Source of the DNA: Styela clava
Lineage: Eukaryota
Assembly: GCF_964204865.1 (NCBI RefSeq)
Contig: NC_135257.1
Span: 15,500,001 to 15,564,000 of the forward strand
DNA length: 64,000 bases
Direction: 5' to 3'
The notes under the pieces were generated by a model that searched no databases, had not been told where the DNA came from, and was given only the letters and a program-made list of their open reading frames with translations. A program made the position numbers and the translations under genes. Positions 12,301-23,497 of the stretch are shown piece after piece. Each line of letters opens with the position of its first letter. Position 1 is the first letter of the stretch.

Positions 12301-15300
12301 TAATATTTTGTTACTACGATTTCAAAGCAATTCGGTAAATGTAGAATTTAGTAATCCAGACAAAAAAAAAATTTTTTTGGGGCATCTAAATATTGAAATT
12401 GTGGAGATTTAAAAGTAATTAGTCCTTTTTTTGAAAAAAGAGCATTCTTTCAACAACATCACTAAAACTAATTTTCCGAAACGACCTAGAAGCCTACTTC
12501 GTGGCCAATATCCTGAAGTTGCAATTGATTCGCTATAGAAGTAACCACGAACTCCGAATTTCAATTATTGTAAGGGCGGCAATGGGTCCAACATTTTTAT
12601 CAAATACGGGACGATATCAGGGGGTCATGATTTAGTAATATGACATCTCATTATTTATTTGTTTTTCATTACAGGGAATATAGATGCAACATGCAAGTAT
12701 AAGGTGACAACAAAAAACAGAATCCATAAAATTTCTTAATTACTACTACAAAAATAAAGAAAATTTAAATAACATTTAAACTTCTGCTTAAGTATAATTT
12801 GTCACAAAAGTTTGAGTAATCTAGGACGTTTTGCATAAATTTCGTGCCCTCTGTAGAATATGTTCCAAATGACCTGGGTTATATAATAATATTTCAAAAC
12901 GCCAGTCATTCTATTTATCATTGTTCAAATTTATTTACTCGATTCAGATACATTTTTGAAAAAAGAAAAATACCAGAGCAAGTGACAAAAAAAGGTCTTT
13001 TCCAAAAAATGCTTCTCTGTTTTCGATCAAAATGTAGGATTAAGCAGCAAATGAACCGGTAATCTCCGACAGGGTAGACACAAAATGTCGATATCCAACT
13101 TTAAATTAGGTTAAATTTGCCAGAAATGCATTTATATATTTCAGTAAGTACGTCTACGTACGACTGCGAGTAAAAGGATGAAATTGCGCAGACTGAAGGA
13201 TTTTTTCTTAAAGAAAAATGAATATTTGAAGAAAACAACCCAACTTTACAACATGCCAATTTACAATGCAGATATTATCCCCTGACAGTAACTATTATTG
13301 GGGATTTGTGTGGAAATTTCGTACCCCCAATCTTTTGACCAAGTCTTCCAATTAGAAATCTATTAAACTTGTGCGAATACCCTTTATCATCTAAAATTTA
13401 CAAGACTTAGATGTGATGCGCACATAAGTCAATTTAAAAAATGTCTTTTTGAGGAGTCTTAAATGCCTAGAATATTTCATTTTGGGTTTAAATTAGCACT
13501 TTTATTATACACGTTCCTTTTGAATGGTCTTGCAGCGTCAGTGCTGTATGCCTGGTTAAGCAATATCATAGCTTTGTTTGAGATGTCGTTGCGAATTCTA
13601 TCGAAAATAATATGCTGTATATACACGTGCAATATTACAACAAATCAGTCGTGAAAAAGTGGTAGTTAGTTCGGTACTCACCTGGAAGTTAGTTTGATTT
13701 GTAGGGCGTACTAATCTCTAGGCCGTAAATGTGAATTATTATTTGGTAGAAGATATAAGCCGACAACCGTCCTATAATCCATTTTAGACTAGGAGATCGG
13801 GCATCGATTTTTGTCCTATTAGTCAAGAGATAATATATTGTAAGCTCAGTAAAGAAGGTAAGATTTTACAGTGAATTGATCATCAAACATGGCGTTGTTT
13901 TGAATGAGAGTTTTCGTTAAGCTAGCCATTACCAGTATGGCGCAATTTATCGGGATTAAATTCAAAAGGATTCGCCGGGTTTGCTATAAATGGTACATGT
14001 GTTGATTTCAAATCGCATCGATAAAAAACCGCCACGTCAACGTTTTTCGAGAACATTTTTCTTTTTTTAAATCGTTTCCCAAGTCGGAATATTTAACCCC
14101 GACACATCTCTAAACCCTGAGCAGTCACAGTATAAGCTACTTCTGTATAGTCAAGTGAGAGAATGTGACGATAGATCTGAGTTAATGGAAAAATATAGTG
14201 TTTCATGCGCAGATGAAAATAGCTTTTCATCAGTCTTATTTAAATCAAATGGTGTTACCATCTTGAAAAGATCCATTCAGTCTTCGAATTTTAGTTTCAA
14301 GTATAAAAATGATTTGTAGATGATCTATCTCAGAAAGTTTATGCATTGTTGTCGCAAAATTATTTTTAGAGCATTTTTGATCATCTTTCTGTTATTCTGA
14401 AATTTAAAATTATTAACACAAAATTCCAACTTGCAGGTTAGAAATTTTCGAGTTTATTTGATTCGAAGATGGCATATTAGAATTACTTAACTAAACATTA
14501 TCAACTCAAACGTGAGATGGGTTTCAGTAGTTGTCGAGAGAAAATGCAGACAGACCTTCAATTACTGGGTTATTGGACACGAAATGTACAAGCGGATATT
14601 TTGTTATCATGTTGTTGTTCTTCTTGTTCTTTTTGGTATTTTTCTTCTTGTTGATATGGAAAAATAGCTTTTCTCGTTAACTATTGGACCAATTGCTTTG
14701 AAATGATCAGTGGTTAAATAATTGTGTTTTTCGCTGGATTTATTTGTATTTGTTGATTTGTTTGTAGCGGATCTGCGACCTCTCTCGTGTTATGCGAAAG
14801 TCGGAATTTTTTTTACCTTACCGTCCAGTAAACTGGGTAAGGTACTGTAAAACATAAGATAGACTACTTCTTCGCGTTGATCATCGTGTCCATATATTTG
14901 AGCATCGCTCACTTGTTATTTTATTTGATGATGTTTTGAGACAATTTAGCATTTTGCAGCCCCCTTGTGGATAACCCTGACTAGTCTCTCGAACTACAAG
15001 ATAGGTTTTCATTTTTCCGCTTCCATCTATTTTATGTAAATTTTATGTAAATAATCACCAACGTTTACATGATATTGAAGCAGTCAAGTCGTAAAATCGT
15101 TCAATTTTTTTTCAATTCACCGAAATCTACCATATTTTCTTGCTAATTTATCGCCTTATTTTTCACTTTTCTACACAATTAACTTGTTTCTTTGAATATT
15201 TAGGATTATGTTTTGTTGTGAATTAATCGTATTCGACCAGGAGTATGAAATTAAAATGTCTTTCATACTTTTTCATTTCCCTATGTTATGTCGAACTTAC

Positions 15301-15660
15301 TTTTTTACATACCGTAATTACTTTCAGGGTCATATATCGTGGTTACACAAATCATGCAAAACAGTTTACTGTTGGGGTTAAAACGCAAGTACTAGGTAGT
15401 TAGGTGTTGGATTAAATCTGAAAACAATTGAGAGTAAAGTGCACAAAATCGTAGGCGACAAGTCACAATATTAGAAAATGTATTATGTATGGGGTAATAT
15501 TGGCGTCCACGTTACATGTTTAACCTCATAAGTTTTTTTTTATTTTTAAATTGTAATGGGTGATAAATAATTCAAATTTGAAAATTGCAGAAATAATAGT
15601 TTTTGGAATACCTATAATCACTCATATTTTTGCAAGTGCATTATATCGTCTAGAAAGAAA

Positions 15661-16519
15661 ATGACTCTGTGCTGTACATTACTGTTTGGTGAGTATGCTT
15701 ATTACGTTAATAGATTTTACAATTTATTAGATAGAAAACGGTCAATTAACTTAAAAATTATAGAAATCGGCTTCTGGCTTATATTTTTTCATAGGCCCGG
15801 AGTTTAGAAATCGTGACCTAAATGGCTTTATTTTTGTAGTTTTGTTAGCAACAAGTTTCTTCAGCGAAGACGTCGACGCAAGATCGTTTCCGACATTTTG
15901 TTCCGATATTTACAACACATTGCCTTCTCCGATGTGGCGACAGCTATGTGGTGAGTGCAAAATTTGTTGGTTTTTGATGCTCCGACGTAAATTCTGACGC
16001 TAGTTTGAAATCGTGTCAATAAATTCTCGTTTTTTATTTTTTGTTGAATAAAAGAATTATTAGAATGAACCTTATTTGCAAATAAACTGTTGGCCGGGAT
16101 TAGTATTAGAAATAGTATTAATAGCACTTCGAATATATTTTTTCCCTTTTTCTGTCGCCTAAGGAACTATCTACTCTGGGGTATGAGTTTTGAATCATGA
16201 CTGATATCCATGCTTATTTTGAGTCCCTCCGCGTGTATTTTTGTGTTGAGGCTGATGGTTTCTATTAAAAATGGTTGTAATTTTAATTAAAAGAGTTTTT
16301 TTTTTTTTAGGTTATGGCAACCCAGGACCATTCAATCCTAGAACTGCAATGAAACGTGACGAAGAAAAAGAAGTTTCCCGCGCGCTTTTAGAAGAATTAG
16401 CCGAGCTACAGTCAGATGGAGAAGTAGAGAAAAGAGACGGATTCTTTGCTCCAAGTGACGACTACCTAAACAACATGATGCGTTGGTTAAAGCTAAATTC
16501 CTACAATCGACGATATTAA
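15661..16519 (+). CDS. Putative neuropeptide/peptide-hormone precursor (130 aa), family unassigned
   Basis: Exons 15661-15688, 15795-15950 and 16311-16519 (phase-1 GTGAGT donors, AG acceptors) translate to MTLCCTLLFGPEFRNRDLNGFIFVVLLATSFFSEDVDA-RSFPTFCSDIYNTLPSPMWRQLCGYGNPGPFNPRTAM-KR-DEEKEVSRALLEELAELQSDGEVE-KR-DGFFAPSDDYLNNMMRWLKLNSYN-RR-Y*. It has a hydrophobic signal core ending VDA, dibasic sites and an acidic spacer. AATAAA follows at 16589. Confidence 0.75.
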
Positions 16520-16588
16520 TTTAAAAAATTGATGAGAAGTGTTTTTGGACGAAATACAGTTCGTGTAAATTTTGAATGTGATTGATTT

Positions 16589-16594
16589 AATAAA
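16589..16594 (+). terminator. Polyadenylation signal of the peptide-precursor gene
   Basis: AATAAA 70 nt after the stop codon. Confidence 0.55.
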
Positions 16595-19500
16595 GGATTG
16601 TGATATAACAATTTAATCTTGAATCTTGATTCATCTGGGATACGAAATACCTAGCGCTAGCCTAAAATTCTATTTTTTGAGAAAAATGAACTGTCTAAAG
16701 AACGATCAGGGGTGCTTAAAGTTTTGTCGATGCAGGCCGCATTACACTTTTCGTGAGCTTTCGAAGGTCGCAGAATTGCTCATACACTCTCTTGTATTCC
16801 GGAAGTTGTCCCACAAAACTAAATACAAAACAACAAATTACAAATATTTTCATCTTTTGTCTGACTGCGATTATTTCAGAAAATCCGTCTCAATAGCATT
16901 AGACACTAAATCATATGTATAATCCGAGCCTCACGTTCGATCTTTCATACTACAGAGAATTGGTTCCGAGTATGTAAAAATGTCCGTTTCTAACAAAAAT
17001 TTCTGTATTATATATATGAAACATAACATTCTAGGATATGTCATTATCTCTTAGCCAGATATTGCAACTTTTAGTGCATTAATATTCATGCCAATGTGAG
17101 TGTTTCGACTGGGAACAAAAGTGTCTGCTACTTCTCAAATTAGTGGATAATTACCTATTCCAGAAGAATACAGTTTTTATAGTTTTGGTTTGTTTAAAGC
17201 CATTTCTGCACGGATTTTGCAAATCTGACGGCGTGTCAACAAAATAGCATTTAACTTGACTGTTGGCTTGTTGGCTTTAACTTGGCCTTTTCTGAGACAC
17301 CCAATTATAATCATGACTGTAATTTCATAAAATAAAATTAAGAAACTTGAAACCAAATGGCAAGTAATAACATTTATCACTTTGTTGCTGAGAGTTTCAC
17401 ACTTACTCCTATGTAAGAGTATCATATGTTTTCAAAAAGTTCTGGCAGATCATTAATAATTACAAAAACTTCAAGGTCAAAAACAGTAACTGTTATTACA
17501 ATCTGTTGACAAAACACCTGAGCTAGCCCTAAATCAGGTATGTTTGTATTTTGTTCCTAGTTTAATTTGTTGTTGATGTTGCGGTCAGCAGTTGTTGTAT
17601 GTTTTGACAATTTACACACTCTGTTGTCTGTTACACGGGTAGTGCACACTAATATGTAACTCTAATATGCATTTCACGGATGCACAGACTGCTGTTTTGA
17701 TGCCTGCTAAATTTAAAAAACACAGATTCCAAAAAGTCATGCAGGTGGGCGAGGTCGTTACAAAATCTGCTTGGAAGGCTGGCGATTGCAAGTAATACGA
17801 GTGAGTGATCTGACAGGGGTTTTGTTCAACAACGACCTTGCGTGCGAGTTCGAGAGAATGTATCTGACTACGCGACTAACTGTTTGTAAGATCTTTCATG
17901 AATCACACATACGGAATGAGAGACACAGTTACGTCTCGTAAACCTTGCTTTTTACGAAGCAAATGCCCACCGTTCTATAAAAATTACCGATAGGCTTACG
18001 CCTTACCTGTTAATATAATCTGATTTAAGAATACAGGAACGTGATTGCTCGAAACTGAAATAAATGACCACGATGGAATGTAATTCATGTTTAAAATAAT
18101 ACCATTCAGCATGTTTTTGTGCCAGAGAATGATTTATTGCCATAAAAAAGTCAACACTATTATAAAATAAGTCAATAGCGGAAATAATTAACAGTGATTG
18201 ACTTTTTTCTATGCGGTTCAGTGTCCAAGACCGACCGAAGAGACCATTTTCATGACGAAGCATGAATATCGCGATTTCAAATGTATGCATTTCACAAAGC
18301 TGTAATATAATAAAATGTCGATACATCTGGAGATTGATTAAACGTTTTTTTTTCGAAAAGCATACACCTCAATATTTTATTTTACAAAACTTGTATTGGC
18401 TTGTATCAAAAATAATTCGGGGATAAACAAATTATAGATGTTTTTATACATGAGATACATGAGCGTAAATAAATTAAAGGTCAAGTAAGAATGTAATGTT
18501 CGTATTATTATTGAATAAATCAATAAACTAAGCAGCGAACTCTTCTCTACAACGTGCTGGTCTGTTGCACGAAGGTCCTCTCAAAGCATTCCCTTGGCTG
18601 CAATAAAGACTTATTATAACCCCAACTAAATATGCAATATTGTAATCGCGAGTGAAATAAACTATTTTGAGTGTTTCAAAGTTCAAAATATTCCTCAAAT
18701 CTGTAAAATATTCCTACAGTTTGAGATGATTCAGTTCGGATAATTCAGCAACGGGTGAATTTCGTGTATATTGGGCCATCCAGTGTAACAATGACTATTT
18801 AATATTTTTGGTTCGGTTATTGCCCAAATCTACTCTAAATTGGTCAGTTCACGCGTTGAAAAATAGCGACCAAGAAAGAATGAATGGTTTTCCTCGAGCA
18901 TTTATCTACTTTCTTGTTTATTTCCGTAACTTGATCTAATCAATTGGTTGCTTAATGCTTATAATGACGCACCGATGGAAATTTTTTATTTTTGTTATTA
19001 TATTGGATGATTTTGTTTATATATATTGTTGCAATGCTTGTTGGCAAAACACTAAATCTCTATATAATACCTCTAGCCACTCAGACACTTTTTTCACATA
19101 GTCATAGTCAAGTTTATTTTTTCCCATTCAGTAAAAATAACATACCTATTTAACAAAATACAAAACTGAAAACACATTTTTACTGGGAAAGAAAATTCGC
19201 GGGGAACCAGGAATGGTTATCGAGCAGCGACACCCGAGATTCAATATCTAACTTAATTTGTAAGGAAATTACGTTTTTAGAACGCTTTTAATATGAATGA
19301 GCATGGCTTTGGCAGCTGAGCATTAGCTCGTTCTCGTGGTTTTTCTGAATGTTTGTCAGTTTTTAGTCGTATTCCCAAAATTTAGGTATAAAGTGATTAA
19401 TTGAACAATCATTTCGTTTTCTGAAGAAATTTTAGTTTAGATGCCGTAATCAAAAATTAGTCCCGAAGCGGCGATAGACTATGTTGAAATATTCTCCCAG

Positions 19501-20780
19501 TACCTACTTTTGAACGGCAGGTGGTTGAAAATTTCAAATAAAAATGATAACTTGAAACATACAAATCAAATTGTATGCGCTAACTCGCAAAAACAGTCTT
19601 GTAAAAGCATCAGACATTTTGCAAGTAAAATGTAAAGAATTTTTCTGGGTCAAAGGTCGGGGACAACTCATCAGTCGTCACAGGGCTGCCACTCTAGATG
19701 TTTTATATCTAGATCTAGATGTTTTTTTCAAGATCTAGATGTAAAATTTGGAGCATGTATGTTAGCTATAAAATCTAGATATATATATTTTTCAAGGTTC
19801 TAAATATTATTTAGTGGGAAATAAATAAAGAGATGTGTGTAATACTGTAATAGGTGAATGAATATTATTTCATTATTTAGAAGTATTGATGTAAGATTGA
19901 TAAAACAGTACCGGTACCGGTTTTTATTTACGATAAAACTTATTCATATTGTATTCGTCCACGGGTACCATACAGCCATATGTACTTAAAATATTTGAAT
20001 AACGAATTAAACATGTTTAAAACATGTGACGTTTTAATTAACGTTAAGTAGAAAGGACGACGTTGGTCCGATGATATTGTTGCCAAGGCAGCAAGGGGTT
20101 TTCAAAATTATTAAGTTATTTAAGTCTATAAGTCGGTGGTTCTCAACCGGGGGTCCGCCAAGCATTTCCAGGTGGTCCCCGATTAAATTGTGATTTTAGG
20201 AAATTATTTGCAGTTTAATATCGTTTTTTTGTAATACGCTCGAACATTTGCTGCCTATGACAATGTGACAATAGCCTACAAAAACTATTTTGATTCATCT
20301 CCCGTGAACCTATTGTGACAAATACAAGTTATGACAGCACAATGATAAATACGAGAACGCAGCTACAGTGATCACTTTCTCCGTTTTGGTGCGCCATTTT
20401 GCCGTCCTACCCATAAGTATCGATGGAAGCATTACGTGTTATTGCAGTATTGTTCCATTCGCCTCCCCTTACCTTTGTGAAAGCGAATTTTTTGCTCTCG
20501 TTCATATCAAATTCAAGGCTCGTCACCAACCAAACGTCGAAGACGATTACGTGTTATTGTTCCATTTGCCTCCACTTGTGTTTGTGAAAGTGGATTTTCT
20601 GCTCTTGTTCATATCAAATCCAAGGCTCGTCTCCAACTAAACGTCTATGCGTGATGCGTCTATCGTTATCAAAAACACGACCACGCATTTCAAGACTTGC
20701 TTCTGATATACAACAGCAGAAATCCCATTGAGTGTATTCGATTTGACAAAATAAATGGAAATGTCCACTGGGTCTGGTTT

Positions 20781-21476
20781 GAGGGTCTTACTACTTACTG
20801 AATACAGCGCAAAACCGCACGAAACAGTGCAAAATAGCGCAAAACAGCGCGAAACAGAAGGAAACCAGCGCAAAACAGAGGGAAACAGCGCAAAACAGGA
20901 GACGCAGTCATTACCACCTCCTGCCACGAAAGAACCACGGCGCCTCTCGCCATGGTTTTATGGCGCTATTTCCGGTATATTTACAAGGTTTTGTACCGGA
21001 TTATAGGTCATCATGCGAAATTTTATCTACCTTTTTGGTGCTCCAGGAGTATGTGCAGCAATATGTCGCACAACCTGAATCCGCTACACACACACATACT
21101 ATTTTCAGGTTGTGCGCCATCTTGGTGCACATACTTCTGGAGGTCCATTTTTACCTAACCCCTGACCCTAAAGCCAACCATATCCATATGGAAAATGTTT
21201 TAAATTATGGTACCCAAAATGTGTCACCAGCAGGGGCAGACCTGCCATTACAGCATTACTGGCTACATACGTTGGTTTGTGTTTTTAATTTGCTGCCGAG
21301 GTACTCCAACTCAAAACAAGGTGCCCCGAACTCATTGCAAAATTTTTTTCTGCTTCATACTGTTTCCCTCTGTTTTGCGCTCTTTCATGCTGTTTCCCTC
21401 TGTTTTGCGCTGTTTTCACTGTTTCGCACTGTTTTGCGGTGTTTCGCGCTGTATTCAGTAAGTAGTAAGACCGCTC
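20781..21476. mobile_element. Foldback-like element with ~30-bp TIRs and 10-bp subterminal repeat arrays
   Basis: GAGGGTCTTACTACTTACTGAATACAGCGC ... GCGCTGTATTCAGTAAGTAGTAAGACCGCTC; arrays of AAAACAGCGC-like units inverted at the two ends. Confidence 0.8.
21036..21147. mobile_element. ~110-bp hairpin MITE, copy 1 of 3
   Basis: Palindromic arms ...CAAGATGGCGCACAACCTGAA / TTCAGGTTGTGCGCCATCTTG...; homologous to 56157-56268 and 60423-60537. Confidence 0.8.
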
Positions 21477-23497
21477 TCTGGAGTTTGGTGTTATTTTTTA
21501 CTTGGTTAAATCTGTATGGAACATTAGGTTGCTGTTTAAGCTATAAACTAAATTTCAAATAAAAAACTTTCGAGGGGTCCGCGACCGCTTTGAGAGCACC
21601 AAAAGGGTCCGCAAAGACAAAAAGGTAGAGAAACACTGCTATAAGTGCTATTGAATGTGTCTCTCTTTAAAAGTCAACTTTTCAAAATGCCAAAGTGTAT
21701 ATACACTACCAGCAAAAATTTAGAAAAGATTGGCTTAAGGAATGGTTTGCCCATTCGGATGATAAGAACAAGGTCTTTCGTAAGTTCTACGGGTGGGAAT
21801 TGAATTCTAGGTGATGTTAGCTTCTTCGACATCTAATATTACTGTATTATGGTTACTTTTCATTAAATTCAATGACTTCATATCTAGATGTTTTATTTTT
21901 CAATCTGGATGTTTTTCGAGGTTAATCTAGATGTTTTTAGTCAGGCAAAAGTGGCAGCCCTGAAGTCCTCTTGGTAGCAGAGTTGTCTCTGGGAGATTAG
22001 TACAAATTTTAAACATAATTTCAAAATCCTCCAATAAGAGCAGAGATATGATATAACACTGGTTGATAGTTGAACTTATATAGATGGGATATTATTACAA
22101 CAGAACAATAGTGGCACATCTTGACGTGACCGGTACGGTACGGTACCGTATATCAAGGTACCCTCGACATGACATACTGTACAGACATAGGCTAGCCTAT
22201 CTCAGATGAGTTTTGTATTTCAACTGAATTTACTATGGTAACTAGCCTAAATCAGCAATTACTGTACCGTTTTTTTACCTTGCCATCAATCTATGAAACT
22301 TGTAAGTTGCGGAGAGTATAAAACAACAAAAAAAATTTTTTTGTGCCCCCCACTTTCTCCTGGTCTCATTCTGATATTTAAGAATGAGAGTTTATTGTTT
22401 TAATCAGTTTTTAACGGAAACTATATAAAGCCTTTAGGTATTTTAACTTTGCTTCCCGAGAAATAACGTGGTATTTTCTCATCTTTGTTTGTGTAATGTC
22501 GCTTAGAATTATACTCTTTTGTGACAGACTAGACACTGAGGTTCAACGTTCTTACTACTTCTATTTAACTTGGGATAAGTTTTGAAGTTGCGGAGAGTTA
22601 AAAATAACAAAAAACACTATAAGCCCTCAGATTTTTTTCAAAATTTTTTTGTTATTGAATGGGCTATTTTTCGAAACTGCCAATAAAAGCAGCATCACAA
22701 TACACTAGGTGAAAAGAAGAACATGTTTAGATTTGGTTTTATTATGGCAACCAAACATTGATTCTTTTTTCGTTTATTCTTCAATTTTATGAACAATGTA
22801 GATGTAATATAACATATTTCAAACAGATTTAATATTTCAACCCAATTACCTAATGATTCAATAATTGTCCATCTCAATTGTCGTACATGGATACTGTAAA
22901 TTTTTTAGAAACCACCATTCTCAATGGATTTTCGTCTTAAAACTAGAAGCCTTAAAAATTTGATAAGCCAGTTATGCAAGTCGATGCACAAAGTAAATCC
23001 ATTACACAATTTTTTTATTATCGAGTTTGAGAATTGCTGTTCTAGGTCAAGCATCTGAGCTAAATTATTTGTTTTATTCCGTTATTCCTCCAGTTCTGAC
23101 TGAAATTATTTGGATATTCTGAATAAGTTTGCTTTTCTAAAAAATTATAAATGTAACGATTCAGCAATTGGGTAAGGTAAGGTCTATTACAATATAGTAT
23201 GAAATCTTACTCAGGCTGGTTCTATAGAGCGAGGTCTCTGTTAGGGCAGTAGGGTAAAACTTCTTCTGAAATATTTTGATTAGTCCTCGCAATTTGATGG
23301 TAACTACCGGTACTTCAGGCCCTGGAGGAATATGAGACTGTACGAGAATGCATATGGTGGTAGACCTCGCTTTAGGGCAGCACCTAACTTCATTTCAATC
23401 TGTCAGTTACTATATTATGTTGTTTTCAATCTAGTTGATAAATTATAATTATTCACAATTATAATTCTCTGAACAAGACCTACATACATGATCCACA

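Larger units (their letters stand above)
20134..21638. mobile_element. hAT/Charlie-like non-autonomous element nested in 19681-21962
   Basis: Ends CGGTGGTTCTCAACC ... GGTAGAGAAACACTG; perfect 8-bp TSD CTATAAGT at 20126-20133 and 21639-21646. Confidence 0.85.
19681..21962. mobile_element. hAT-like non-autonomous element (outer shell of a 4-level nest)
   Basis: TIR CAGGGCTGCCACT ... AGTGGCAGCCCTG; subterminal TCTAGATG repeats at both ends; TSD eroded. Confidence 0.75.

Noticed and set aside
15907-15950. Calling the ring peptide a natriuretic peptide, or the tail NPY/glucagon
   Set aside because: Only ring size or loose patterns match; diagnostic residues, amidation signal and precursor position do not.
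20368-21562. Long ORFs including the 200-aa 20960-21562
   Set aside because: They span nested MITEs and 10-bp repeat arrays and show no protein motifs.
22304-22598. Repeated AAGTTGCGGAGAGT upstream of SEC62
   Set aside because: Two copies only; a promoter motif cannot be told from a decayed repeat.
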